59,359 nucleotides of DNA from Chlamydiia bacterium (GTDB taxonomy: Bacteria; Chlamydiota; Chlamydiia; Chlamydiales; FEN-1388). The position numbers were made by a program, and so were the translations under genes. Under the pieces are notes generated by a model. That model had not been told where the DNA came from and ran no database searches. It was given only the letters and a program-made list of their open reading frames with translations. This document shows positions 8,771 to 18,409 of the stretch, piece by piece; position 1 is the stretch's first letter; every line of letters starts with the position of its first letter. The stretch covers positions 1-59,359 of the forward strand of contig CAINFV010000165.1 of assembly GCA_903848235.1 (NCBI GenBank). Reading direction: 5' to 3'.

Positions 8771-10354
8771 CTATACGGATGCCATTTGATATTGGATTTT
8801 TTTCAGGCCTTCGGGAATAGTCACGTCATCTATCTTGCCCTTCCACGTTTGGTACAACGTTTCGAGCAGGCGTTGTACCGCCATCCCCTTGGGGGTTTCT
8901 ACCTTGTTTTTGATAAACATGCTTTCGTAGACTATCTGTTCGCAAAATTCAGTTTCTTTGTCAGACAGATCTATCCCAGACTTCAGGCAGGACGCAGCTA
9001 TTGCGGCGATGGTATACATGTGCTCTGCAGGCAAAATCCTGTCCTGCCAAAAAGCTTGTAGCTCTTGGATGCACTTGTGAAAAGCAGATACATCTTCTTC
9101 TGTCTGAACTGCAGGCCGCCCGTGAGGTTTATTTCTGGAAACATGAGCTGCCATGGTTTCGAGCATGTCAGGAAGTGCGTCCCAACGTTCAGATTGTAAA
9201 TGTGTGATGCAGCCCCTGATGGATTCTGTGATAGTCGGTGTGGCGATTGTGTCGGTTTCAACAGGCTTTTTTGTTGCAACGGCAGTCTTCCTTTGAGCGA
9301 AATCTGCAAGCTGCCGGCGAGTTTCTAACAGTGGGGGAGGAAGCTGTGATCCTCGTTTGACGAAACTCCGCTGGAGATCGGTGATCATCTCAAGGCAGAT
9401 CATGGCCTGTATGTTGTACTTTCCGACCCCCTTTTTTATATCACGAAACCCCTTCAGCAACACATGTGCCCTTCCGTAGTCTCGGAATTTTTTATACCAT
9501 TCACGGGAGGACTGAGAACGTATGAAGGAAAGGAGGCAAAGCGTCGTGCACGTACCTCCCAGTTGTCCATGACTCCATAGTTGAGGATTTTGGCTTGGAG
9601 GGAGTATTTTTCCCTTCAACAGCGGGAGTGCCTGCTCGTAGAGCTTTTGGATATCCCCTTCCGAGGAGCTCCTGTTCAGCTTGAGCATCTCTGCCAGAAA
9701 GGGGCCAGTACAGAGGTCGCTTTCAGAAATTTGGTCTATTTCCAAGGCCGTTTGAAATCGGATTTTTCCATCAGAGCAGGTTTTGGAATAGTGATATTGC
9801 TCAAATCCTTCTCCGGTGTTGTGGAGCGTTACCCTGTATTTTTTTTCGCCAGTATCGTTTTGATCGGTGCAGGCAATTGAGATCAGTGAGGAGTGGCTTC
9901 TGAAGTTGCAGGGGACGGCCAGGTATTGGCCAACATGAAGTGCCGTAATATCTTGTTGGATCCGAGGTGCCTGATCAACTGGGGGCCATCCAAAGAATTC
10001 AGACAGATGGGGGATGGCGTTTTTATCAATTTGCCGTGCGTAGTCAAGGGCATGAATCAGATCCATGGGTGGGTATGGCATGTCTGACAAGAGATCTATT
10101 GTGGACTGGAGTGAGTTTTGAAACAAGTTGGCGGCGGCAACCCCTTTTCCTAGGTATTCTACTGAAAAATGGGTTTCCCAATGAAAACGATGCCTAAGCT
10201 GAAACTGTGTCTTTCCAATCAATGAGAGAGCTGTAGTCGCCAACCCAGCTGGGGATTTGGCGGCATTCAGACGGGCGAACTCATTCTCGACGCGCTTTGG
10301 GAAAAGAGGAGGAATTATCTGCGGCCTAAAAGGGTGAATCAAACTTGTGGACAT
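8771..10354 (-). CDS. Hypothetical protein with a possible cysteine-protease-like Cys motif
   Basis: Long ORF. The start is uncertain (ATG at 10354 'MSTSLIHPF', or ATG at 10438 in an AT-rich stretch), and neither has a clear Shine-Dalgarno (SD) sequence. It contains 'WSHGQLGGTCTTLCLLSFI' (Cys codon 9548..9550). Confidence 0.55.
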   Translation of the reverse strand: MSTSLIHPFRPQIIPPLFPKRVENEFARLNAAKSPAGLATTALSLIGKTQFQLRHRFHWETHFSVEYLGKGVAAANLFQNSLQSTIDLLSDMPYPPMDLIHALDYARQIDKNAIPHLSEFFGWPPVDQAPRIQQDITALHVGQYLAVPCNFRSHSSLISIACTDQNDTGEKKYRVTLHNTGEGFEQYHYSKTCSDGKIRFQTALEIDQISESDLCTGPFLAEMLKLNRSSSEGDIQKLYEQALPLLKGKILPPSQNPQLWSHGQLGGTCTTLCLLSFIRSQSSREWYKKFRDYGRAHVLLKGFRDIKKGVGKYNIQAMICLEMITDLQRSFVKRGSQLPPPLLETRRQLADFAQRKTAVATKKPVETDTIATPTITESIRGCITHLQSERWDALPDMLETMAAHVSRNKPHGRPAVQTEEDVSAFHKCIQELQAFWQDRILPAEHMYTIAAIAASCLKSGIDLSDKETEFCEQIVYESMFIKNKVETPKGMAVQRLLETLYQTWKGKIDDVTIPEGLKKIQYQMASV

Positions 10355-10725
10355 AGATAACTTTGGTTTGTGAATTTTTAGCAATTCTATACCAGTTATT
10401 ATATTTGCTTTGTTAATAAAAATGAAGTATAAAGTCATTTTTTTATATTAAATTTATAAAGTTGGCGTTCGGTCCTTTTTAACGGTCCCCAATTCCACAT
10501 CAGGGGCTGTCTCGTAGGAAAAACGTAAAAAGCGGGCGTTGGGAGTGTTCTTCAAACCCTAAGTTTCAAACAGCAGGAACGCCGCAAAGCTCTCGCCGAT
10601 GCTAGAAAGTTGACGCCATTGGATGGAGACTTGGGTCTTAAGTGAATTTATGGGTATCTTTTTATTAATTTATGAGGCATTCAAAAGAAAAATGTTGAAA
10701 AGATTTTTTTTCATGGGGTTGGATT

Positions 10726-12225
10726 ATGGGTAAGCCAATTGAGATCCATTCAAAGAAATTTACGTTTCTCGTGCCCGTAAAAGAGGGCGAGCCCAATGTG
10801 ATCAAATGGATCGAAGAGGGAAGAGAGAGAATAGTGACATTTATAGTGAAGCCATCGGCGGAAGCCCTTCAGCGGATTAAGATAGATGACAAATTGTGGT
10901 ACCAGATCGGCAGGCTGGGTACAGACATTTTTTTAAAGAAAACAGAGTGGGATTCATTGTCGCCTGATGACAAGAGCAAACTTAAAGAATTCTTTACCAC
11001 CACCTTCCAAGAGGCTGTTGGGATAGCCAAGAAAGTTCGTGTTAAAAGACCGAATTTTGGCAGTGAGATCGTTGCAGAAGAGGCAGAAAGGGCCAAGACT
11101 CTCGTCGAAGAACGGCTCGTAGAGTTGATCGCTGCTGCGAAATCAAGTAAGAAAAAAACCTCGAAGATGGTTATCTCTAAAAAAATTGGCGTCATCCGCT
11201 GTGAGCTGCAACAGACAGGTGATGTCAAGATATCCATCGAACGAGAAGGCGGTAAGGGATCCTATAAAACAGCTAAGAAAGTGATTGATTTTGGATGTAC
11301 GGAGATGATTGTTGCTGAGAACAAGGCCTATGCCTATTTAAAGCTCCATGATTTGAAGACCCTTTCTCCCAGAGAAGTCGAAGCTCGTATAAAAACGCTT
11401 AGAGACGAGATAGGCATAATGAACTTTTTGGCCCAGCATGGCGCGCAGAACATGGTACAATTTCGCGAGGTAAAGACGAGACAGGTCGTGGGAGAGGACG
11501 AGAAGGATCGCATCGGCATCATCATGGAGTGGTTCGACTTAGGAGATGCGAAATGGATTGGCATGGCACCGCCGGAAAAAGACACAAAAGAATATATCGA
11601 CGTTATTCGTATCGCATGCGACGCCGCTGTCGGCCTTGCAAGCCTTCACGCACTCAATTACATACATTCCGACGTAAAACCCGCGAATTTCTTTATCACT
11701 TCTGGCCATGGGCAGGTGGCGGCTCGGCTCGGAGATTTCGGCTCGGCTGTTCCAGTGGGGGCGAAGAGGAAAGCTTGTTCACTCGCCTATGCAGCACCGG
11801 AGTTATGTGACATTGGATTTATAGCCACAACTCAATCTGACGCCTGGTCATTTGGAGTAGGCCTTCTTGAGATGTTTCATGGAAGCGACGCCAACAAATT
11901 TTTAAAAATGAAGACTCTGAAAAATTGGCGAGAATCATTGACCCAAATTGTTCCTGTCCTAGAACAAATTATACCCACTCTAGATCCCACCAGCCCCATC
12001 GATGGGTTAATACTGGATTGTTTGGAGAAAGAGCCTCAGAACAGGCCCACGCTACAACAGATTGTAGAGCGGCTTCAAGAGGCACTCTTGGTGGAAAGCC
12101 CCCCCAAAAAGCCTCTTTCTCCAAAAGAGGAGGCTCTTCGTGAAGCCCAGGAGATGGAGCGGCTGTTGGCTTGGAAGCTCAAAGCAAAAACGCCCGCAGT
12201 TTCGGAAGGCACGGCAGCTTTATAA
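10726..12225 (+). CDS. Eukaryotic-like Ser/Thr protein kinase domain protein
   Basis: The C-terminal half has Hanks-type motifs: G-loop-like 'REGGKGSYK', 'AYLKL', alphaC 'RDEIGIMNFL', catalytic loop 'IHSDVKPANFFI', 'LGDFGSA', 'AYAAPE' and 'SDAWSFGVGLLEM'. The N-terminal roughly 170 aa are unrecognised. Confidence 0.8.
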   Translation: MGKPIEIHSKKFTFLVPVKEGEPNVIKWIEEGRERIVTFIVKPSAEALQRIKIDDKLWYQIGRLGTDIFLKKTEWDSLSPDDKSKLKEFFTTTFQEAVGIAKKVRVKRPNFGSEIVAEEAERAKTLVEERLVELIAAAKSSKKKTSKMVISKKIGVIRCELQQTGDVKISIEREGGKGSYKTAKKVIDFGCTEMIVAENKAYAYLKLHDLKTLSPREVEARIKTLRDEIGIMNFLAQHGAQNMVQFREVKTRQVVGEDEKDRIGIIMEWFDLGDAKWIGMAPPEKDTKEYIDVIRIACDAAVGLASLHALNYIHSDVKPANFFITSGHGQVAARLGDFGSAVPVGAKRKACSLAYAAPELCDIGFIATTQSDAWSFGVGLLEMFHGSDANKFLKMKTLKNWRESLTQIVPVLEQIIPTLDPTSPIDGLILDCLEKEPQNRPTLQQIVERLQEALLVESPPKKPLSPKEEALREAQEMERLLAWKLKAKTPAVSEGTAAL

Positions 12226-12256
12226 ACGAAGTGCTCAAAATGGCCGTTCAACGAGG

Positions 12257-12274
12257 TTGAAACCCGGGTTTCAA
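12257..12274. terminator. Perfect palindrome TTGAAACCCGGGTTTCAA between convergent genes
   Basis: 18-nt perfect inverted repeat in the 66-nt gap between the stops at 12225 (+) and 12292 (-). No adjacent T-run. Confidence 0.4.
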
Positions 12275-12291
12275 GTGGAAGCGGTGTAGGT

Positions 12292-15200
12292 TCAGTTTTC
12301 GCCGACTTCTTCGGGTTCTATCTGTGTGGGCTCTATTCCTGGAAGTGCACGGAGCTCTTTTTGAAGGTCTTCTGCGGCCGTGGCAATCTCTGGTGAAAGG
12401 GCGTACCATCGGAGGAATACAATGGCATATGTTAGCGTTTTTTCTATCTCTTGGTAGTCCTGGATACTTATTTCGATGCTTTCCTGCGAGGCCGAACGTT
12501 TTGCGATTAGATCGTTAATAATCTTTTGGCCTTTTGTTATGTCTTCATGAGCGTCTTCGGGGCCACTCAGGGCAGCCTCGGCAAATGCTAATGACAGTTG
12601 ACCAAGGGTTTGGCCGCATTCAGCAACCAAAAAAGCCGCTTTCAGTGTAGAAAGAGCTATGGCTGCTGTCTCTCGGTATTTGAGGGGATCTTCCTTGGAG
12701 TTAGGGGATAAGGTTACGATTGCTTCAATATCGGAAAGAAGCTGGCTCCCAGTCTTCTCTTCTTGGTCAGAGATCGAAAATGCAGTGTCAAGGACGTCCG
12801 CCACAAGGTCTGAAGAAGATTTTTTAAGTCTTTCGATAGAGGATGATAGAGATCTAAATTCTTCTCCGAGGTTTCTTTTAGACGTTTCTGAAACACGGTT
12901 CAGCTTTTCCTCAACAGACATCAGATCCACGAGTCTTGCTAAAGGATCCTCTAGTTGAGTAGACGATTTTTCTTCAAGGGTTCCTTCGAAAATCTCTGGT
13001 TCCCCTTTCTGTACGCGTTTCCGCCATGCGATGGCGGCTGTTGGTTGGGGAATGAGCAGCGTGTGAGCAGACATATCCTGTACATAAGTTCGTAATGCAT
13101 TCATGGTGAAACGAGCGATCTGGAGTTGATATTCGGAAGCAGGTTCATCTGATTTTTCAGAACTGAGAACATTCTCACACAAATCGATGCCGTTGAGTAC
13201 CGCAAGCAGGTTGTCGAGTCGGTCAAGGGGGGCACTTTTCAGATCTTCAGCTGTAGGGATTAGCCTTTGGATGGGAGCGTCCAATTTATGAGCTTTCAGC
13301 TCTTGGGATACACGTTGTAGGGAACAAACTGTTTTACTTCTTTCTTCAGAATCGAGTTTACGAAATAAAATTTCGGATTCTAACCCTTTGTAAACGTCGA
13401 ATTGTGTAGAAACGCTCTTTTCCCACGCAGTTTCGATAGCCTCCCAGTCCAGAGGATTGGATAGAGGGGTGGAAGTTGGGGTGAAAAAGTCAGGTTGGTA
13501 CAGTTCCCGTTCCTCAGGGAGGGATAGAGCGGCTTCGCCGCGTGCACGGAGGATTTGGTTCAAATCTTCACATTGTCCGGTTACATCAGCGACAAGTCTT
13601 TGGAGTTGGTCGATTCTTTCTCCTGTTTGCTGGATTCTCAGTGCGGCTTTTGCACAGAATTTTTCCAGATCTTTGGCAAACTCAGTATGATCATAGTCCC
13701 TATTTAGGAATTGGCTCCGTGCCGAAGTGATGCCGAACAACGCCCAATTTGTCAGCTGTCGCCAGTCCTCGTTTTGGGGGCTTTTTAAGGAAAGTATCGA
13801 CGTGAGGTGGTCGACAAATTTTTCAAGATAACCAACCCTTGTTTGCCAGCTATCAAACTGATCTACTGACTGAGGTGGTTCTGTGAGGGTAGTGACGAGG
13901 TCTTGTGCCTCTTGGAATCCCCTTACGAATTCGTAGTCCTTCTTGAGAGCATTGAGTGATCTCTTGAGTGTTTCTACTCGTAGCAAAGTGTTTTTCTCAA
14001 TACGCGTGAGATCAATGATCTTTGAGCGCAACTGTGAAATAGGATCTTCGATGCTGTTGCGCAGTCGATTGAATTCTGAATGGACGGCCTCCCAATCCGT
14101 TGGATGAGAAAAAATTACAGAAACAGGGTTTTCCAAGATTGCTTGGGTAACCAGAGTCTCGTCGTACGTTTGTTTAACACCGATGAAGGCCAGGGCCTTT
14201 TCTCGATATGCAACTGGTATGGAGGAATCTATTGCAGCGAGCGTCTGTGATATGTCTACTCTTGTTTCACGCTGGATAGCATAAAGGGCCGCCTTAGCAC
14301 GGTCACTAAAGTCGGCGACGTCTACGAAAAACTGTTTTTCGAGCTTTGGAGACGTAAGAGCAACGCTGAGGGCACGAAGTGTCCATAATCGCAATTGTGT
14401 TGATTTTTCTTGAGTGGATGTAAAATCTACAATATAGCTGATCGTAAAGAGAGAATCAAAGAGTCCCTCAAGCTCTTCATGTTCGCTTTTAGGGGGTCTT
14501 TTCAGCTGAAGTTGCTTTTTTGCAAAATCTACTATATCGGCTACGCCCAGATCTTGTTTATACTTTTCCAAATAAGTGATGAGTTCTGTAACACGCATTC
14601 TAACAGCTTCACATTCTCCAGCCTGCGGCGATACTTTAGTTCTGTGTATTGCCCGAGGTCGTTCTTGCTCTTCTGGGGCGTCGACAGGTTTTTCTTGTGC
14701 CGTGGATTCTATTATAGTAAGCCTTCCGAATATCAAGGACAGATCAGAAGAAGGCGGTGCCCGTCCAAATTCTAGTTCGAGCGTATCCAGCTCTGATCTG
14801 AGAGCGGAATTTGCTGGTAGCGACGCTTTGAGGGCAGCGATGCGCCTTTGCAGTTCATCTTTTTTGAGGAGGCGTTTGCCTATCTCGGCTCCCGAAGAAA
14901 ATTCAGGTTTAACTTCTTCTCCTATTTGGAGCGGCTCAGGTTCACGAGGCTTACCCGTTGCTTCTTCTTCGGCCTCTTCTGACTCCGTCTCCTTAGCTCG
15001 TTGTACTAGTTGTATACGTGCTAATTCAGCGTTGACATTTTGAAGATCCCCGGTTGTGCGGGCCTTTTTCAGATTTTCCTTAAGAGCAGCAAGTTCCATA
15101 TAAAAGCCAAGAGAAAATCCCTTGTTACCCGATGGAGAAGAAAGAGCTGCATCCAAAGCTTGAATCTGGGAGCTAATTTCTAGTTTTTGAGCTTTTACCT

Positions 15201-16236
15201 TCTCGTCTTCCGCAATAAGGGCTTCTCTACCTCCTGGTAAGGGAGATTCAGGACCGCGATCGGTTTCTATCCCGTGAGATTCTGTAAGATCCTTCACTTC
15301 TACGGGATTTTTTTCTGGCTGTTCAACGGCCTCTTCGGGGGCACGGCTCTTTTCGGCACTAACTGACAGTGCAAGAGCATCGAGTCTTGAGGAAAGGACC
15401 CCGCAAATATCATCTAGATATTTTTTCAATGATGATGCGTCGATAGGGAGGTCGATTCCTGGCGTTTGCAGTTTTTCCCACTCTGCCACGATGACATTGA
15501 ACTCTTCTCGTAATGGGGAGCCTTTGGGGATTTGTGTTCCCAGATACCGTATCCTTGGTGCCAGTGCAAGATTGTCGAACTCCTTAAGTTGCGTTGCTTC
15601 TTTCATGAAGGTAAAAAGCGTGATGAGAATGGAGACTCTCGTCGTGCCTGAAGTTTCTAAAGCCTTTTTCTTTGCATCCTCTACGAAATGTAGGGCATAT
15701 GTGGCGTATAGATCAGCGCCTGTTTCCTTGGCGTTTTTCCATATTTTTAATTTTTGTTCAAATTCCCAAAGAGGGAAATGAAGATGTTTATCCACAAACG
15801 CATTCTTCGCTTCTTCAGGGGCTGTTCGTTGAGGTTCTTCCTGGTTTTGCACTTCCTTTGCACAGTGTTTTGAGGCGTAGTATTGCACGAGGTCTTGATA
15901 GTATCCAAAACAGGCGGCTACTTTCTGGAGATCTTCTTCGGTGCCCTTTCCTTCTCCGAGTTCTTTGAAGCCTTGTTGAATGAGGTTTCCAAGATGCCTT
16001 ACGTTTTCTTCAAATTTGTACTGATGGCTTTTTCCTGTAATACCGATCAAGATCCTTTGAAAGATATGCTTTTTTTCTATAGAGATTGAGGGTGTTCCGT
16101 CCGCGCCATTCTTCTTCTGCACCCGCACAAAAACGCCCACTTCCTTCGGAACGGGGCCAGCACCCGGCTTCGTAGGAGTAGCGGCAAAACTTTTATAAAT
16201 CTCTAATAGTTGTGGGAGGGCTGTTGGTGCAGACAT
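12292..16236 (-). CDS. Giant hypothetical protein (1314 aa), acidic and coiled-coil rich
   Basis: 3.9-kb uninterrupted ORF with a GAAGGAAG box upstream of the ATG. It is Glu/Leu/Lys/Gln-rich with heptad-like stretches. No enzymatic motif recognised. Confidence 0.65.
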   Translation of the reverse strand: MSAPTALPQLLEIYKSFAATPTKPGAGPVPKEVGVFVRVQKKNGADGTPSISIEKKHIFQRILIGITGKSHQYKFEENVRHLGNLIQQGFKELGEGKGTEEDLQKVAACFGYYQDLVQYYASKHCAKEVQNQEEPQRTAPEEAKNAFVDKHLHFPLWEFEQKLKIWKNAKETGADLYATYALHFVEDAKKKALETSGTTRVSILITLFTFMKEATQLKEFDNLALAPRIRYLGTQIPKGSPLREEFNVIVAEWEKLQTPGIDLPIDASSLKKYLDDICGVLSSRLDALALSVSAEKSRAPEEAVEQPEKNPVEVKDLTESHGIETDRGPESPLPGGREALIAEDEKVKAQKLEISSQIQALDAALSSPSGNKGFSLGFYMELAALKENLKKARTTGDLQNVNAELARIQLVQRAKETESEEAEEEATGKPREPEPLQIGEEVKPEFSSGAEIGKRLLKKDELQRRIAALKASLPANSALRSELDTLELEFGRAPPSSDLSLIFGRLTIIESTAQEKPVDAPEEQERPRAIHRTKVSPQAGECEAVRMRVTELITYLEKYKQDLGVADIVDFAKKQLQLKRPPKSEHEELEGLFDSLFTISYIVDFTSTQEKSTQLRLWTLRALSVALTSPKLEKQFFVDVADFSDRAKAALYAIQRETRVDISQTLAAIDSSIPVAYREKALAFIGVKQTYDETLVTQAILENPVSVIFSHPTDWEAVHSEFNRLRNSIEDPISQLRSKIIDLTRIEKNTLLRVETLKRSLNALKKDYEFVRGFQEAQDLVTTLTEPPQSVDQFDSWQTRVGYLEKFVDHLTSILSLKSPQNEDWRQLTNWALFGITSARSQFLNRDYDHTEFAKDLEKFCAKAALRIQQTGERIDQLQRLVADVTGQCEDLNQILRARGEAALSLPEERELYQPDFFTPTSTPLSNPLDWEAIETAWEKSVSTQFDVYKGLESEILFRKLDSEERSKTVCSLQRVSQELKAHKLDAPIQRLIPTAEDLKSAPLDRLDNLLAVLNGIDLCENVLSSEKSDEPASEYQLQIARFTMNALRTYVQDMSAHTLLIPQPTAAIAWRKRVQKGEPEIFEGTLEEKSSTQLEDPLARLVDLMSVEEKLNRVSETSKRNLGEEFRSLSSSIERLKKSSSDLVADVLDTAFSISDQEEKTGSQLLSDIEAIVTLSPNSKEDPLKYRETAAIALSTLKAAFLVAECGQTLGQLSLAFAEAALSGPEDAHEDITKGQKIINDLIAKRSASQESIEISIQDYQEIEKTLTYAIVFLRWYALSPEIATAAEDLQKELRALPGIEPTQIEPEEVGEN

Positions 16237-16408
16237 TAGGAACTTCCTTCGTATTGTGGCTTGCTCTGATCGTTGTCAATTCAACGATTTTTTTCAAACA
16301 CCATTTCTCCTGTTTAGCCTCGGTTATCACTCATCTTTCGAAAGACTGGCAATCAGAACGCTCTCTTTGCTATAGTTAGCAGCTGTTATTATCAGGGAGG
16401 CTTCATAT

Positions 16409-17938
16409 ATGGCTGAAGAATCAGGACGTCAAACGACAGCTATTCAACCGCGCCGGGATCAAGATTTTCCAGAATGGTATCAGCAGGTAATTCGTGCTGC
16501 GGACATGGCTGAAAACTCTCCTGTCAGAGGCTGCATGGTCATCAAGCCCTGGGGATGGTCTATCTGGGAGCGCATCCGCGACTACCTCGACTTCCGCATC
16601 AAAGCAACGGGTCACGAAAACGCCTATTTCCCCCTCTTCCTGCCGTTGAGCTATCTCGAAAAAGAAGCGTCCCATGTCGAAGGGTTTGCCAAGGAATGCG
16701 CTGTTGTCACCCACCATCGTCTAGAATTCAAAGATGGGAAGCTGGTGCCCGTCGCAGAGCTCGAAGAGCCTCTTGTCATCCGCCCTACATCAGAGACGGT
16801 GATCGGAGAGGCTTTTTCTCGTTGGGTGAACTCATGGAGAGACCTCCCATTGAAGATCAACCAATGGGCAAACGTCGTTCGATGGGAGATGCGCCCAAGG
16901 ATCTTCCTCAGAACAACAGAGTTCTTATGGCAAGAAGGCCATACGGCCCATGCTACAGAAGAAGAAGCGTGGCAAGAAGCCAAGCTCATGCTCGAAGAAT
17001 ATCGTAAACTGATGGAAGATGTCATGGCGATGCCTGTCATCATCGGCTCTAAGTCCCCAGGAGAGCGCTTTCCAGGGGCCGTTGACACGATGTCATTAGA
17101 ATGCATGACACAAGATCGAAAGGCAATTCAGGCAGGGACGTCGCATTATCTAGGCCAGAACTTTTCAAAAGCCTTTCAGATACGGTTTAACACTCCTGAT
17201 GGGAAGATGGAGTACGCTTACACTACATCATGGGGTGCCACCACGCGTCTGCTTGGCGCTATGATCATGGTACATGGCGATGATAATGGACTATGTCTGC
17301 CGCCAAAAATTGCCCCCTATCATGTCGTTATCATCCCGGTGTTAACGAAGGCAGAGCGCAATGAAGCGGTGCTCAGAGCCGCCCAGAAGCTGAAAGCAGA
17401 GCTCGAAGCCCGCTCTTTTGATGGAAGCCCAGTCCGCGTTCATATCGATGGCAGGGATATACGAGCAGGGGAGAAAGGGTGGATGTGGGTCAAGAAGGGG
17501 GTTCCCCTCAGAATAGAGCTTGGGCCTCGCGATATTGAAACAGAGTCCTGCGTTGTCACCGTTCGCGATGACCCTCAGCTGGCAAAAACAGTCATGCCGC
17601 ACACTCAGCTTGTGCGTACTATCGAAGAGATGCTTGCAGACTTCCAGGAGCGGTTGTTCCAAAAGGCATGGGCTTTCCGTGAGCAACACATCCATACTGA
17701 TATTTCTTCATTCGATGAGATGAAAGCATTTTTCACTCCAAAAAATGAAGAAAAACCAGAGATCCACGGGGGATTTGTTAAGGCAAAGTGGTGTGGCGAT
17801 CAAAAGACAGAAGAGCTGCTCAAAGAGATGAAGGTGACGATCCGCAGCATTCCCATTCAGCAGTCAGGAACGCAGGGCCGCTGTATCATCACCGGGCAGC
17901 CCGCTACGATCGACGCGATCTTTGCAAAATCGTATTAG
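16409..17938 (+). CDS. proS: Prolyl-tRNA synthetase (archaeal/eukaryote-like class IIa form)
   Basis: 509 aa. The N-terminus 'FPEWYQQVIRAADMAENSPVRGCMVIKPWGWSIWE', then 'FPLFLP', 'RPTSET', 'RTTEFLWQEGHTAH' and the C-terminal '...AKSY' are characteristic of ProRS. Confidence 0.9.
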   Translation: MAEESGRQTTAIQPRRDQDFPEWYQQVIRAADMAENSPVRGCMVIKPWGWSIWERIRDYLDFRIKATGHENAYFPLFLPLSYLEKEASHVEGFAKECAVVTHHRLEFKDGKLVPVAELEEPLVIRPTSETVIGEAFSRWVNSWRDLPLKINQWANVVRWEMRPRIFLRTTEFLWQEGHTAHATEEEAWQEAKLMLEEYRKLMEDVMAMPVIIGSKSPGERFPGAVDTMSLECMTQDRKAIQAGTSHYLGQNFSKAFQIRFNTPDGKMEYAYTTSWGATTRLLGAMIMVHGDDNGLCLPPKIAPYHVVIIPVLTKAERNEAVLRAAQKLKAELEARSFDGSPVRVHIDGRDIRAGEKGWMWVKKGVPLRIELGPRDIETESCVVTVRDDPQLAKTVMPHTQLVRTIEEMLADFQERLFQKAWAFREQHIHTDISSFDEMKAFFTPKNEEKPEIHGGFVKAKWCGDQKTEELLKEMKVTIRSIPIQQSGTQGRCIITGQPATIDAIFAKSY

Positions 17939-17956
17939 AGACTGTGCAAGAATATA

Positions 17957-17983
17957 CCGATTCTTGAACAAGAAGAGGTATAA
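17957..17983 (+). repeat. 27-nt dispersed repeat, copy A (CCGATTCTTGAACAAGAAGAGGTATAA)
   Basis: Matches 58015..58041 at 25 of 27 positions. It contains the palindrome TTCTTGAACAAGAA and lies 19 nt after the proS stop. Confidence 0.7.
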
Positions 17984-18121
17984 CATGCGCCATGTTGGGT
18001 GAGCGAGGTCGTCGAGATGTCGAGGATCGTAACGAGCTCCATAGCGTGCTATGGGAGGGGAGGCGATCCATCGGCAGATCGGATGGGGCAGTGATCAGCC
18101 AACATGGCACAGCTGCTAAGG

Positions 18122-18409
18122 CTATTTGACGAATATCCAATGCCCTTGGATGTGAGACGGCTTGGTTTGTGTTGGCTTTTTCGATTTCCGTGCTGCCAGA
18201 AGCCGGGCATCAATCGCTTTTTCTAAGACATCTCGTTGCCGTTGTAGGACTGCCCACTCCTCATGCTTAAAACGGCCAGGATCATGAAGAGCGTTGACAA
18301 GCTCGTCGCCGGAAATCCCTAGGGATTCGAACAGCTGACGATTTTCTTCTTCTATCTTTTCAAGTTCTTTGTCTTGCTCGGCAAGGAGTTCGTCGTGATG
18401 ATCTTCCAT
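18122..18409 (-). CDS. Small hypothetical protein (95 aa), helical and charged
   Basis: The ORF has a GGAG box about 10 nt upstream of the ATG. No recognised family. Confidence 0.4.
   Translation of the reverse strand: MEDHHDELLAEQDKELEKIEEENRQLFESLGISGDELVNALHDPGRFKHEEWAVLQRQRDVLEKAIDARLLAARKSKKPTQTKPSHIQGHWIFVK

Noticed and set aside
18105-18116. TGGCAC...GCTGC resembling a sigma54 -24/-12 element.
   Set aside because: The GG-to-GC spacing is about 3 nt too short relative to TGGCAC-N5-TTGC. It would also fire antisense into the 95-aa ORF.
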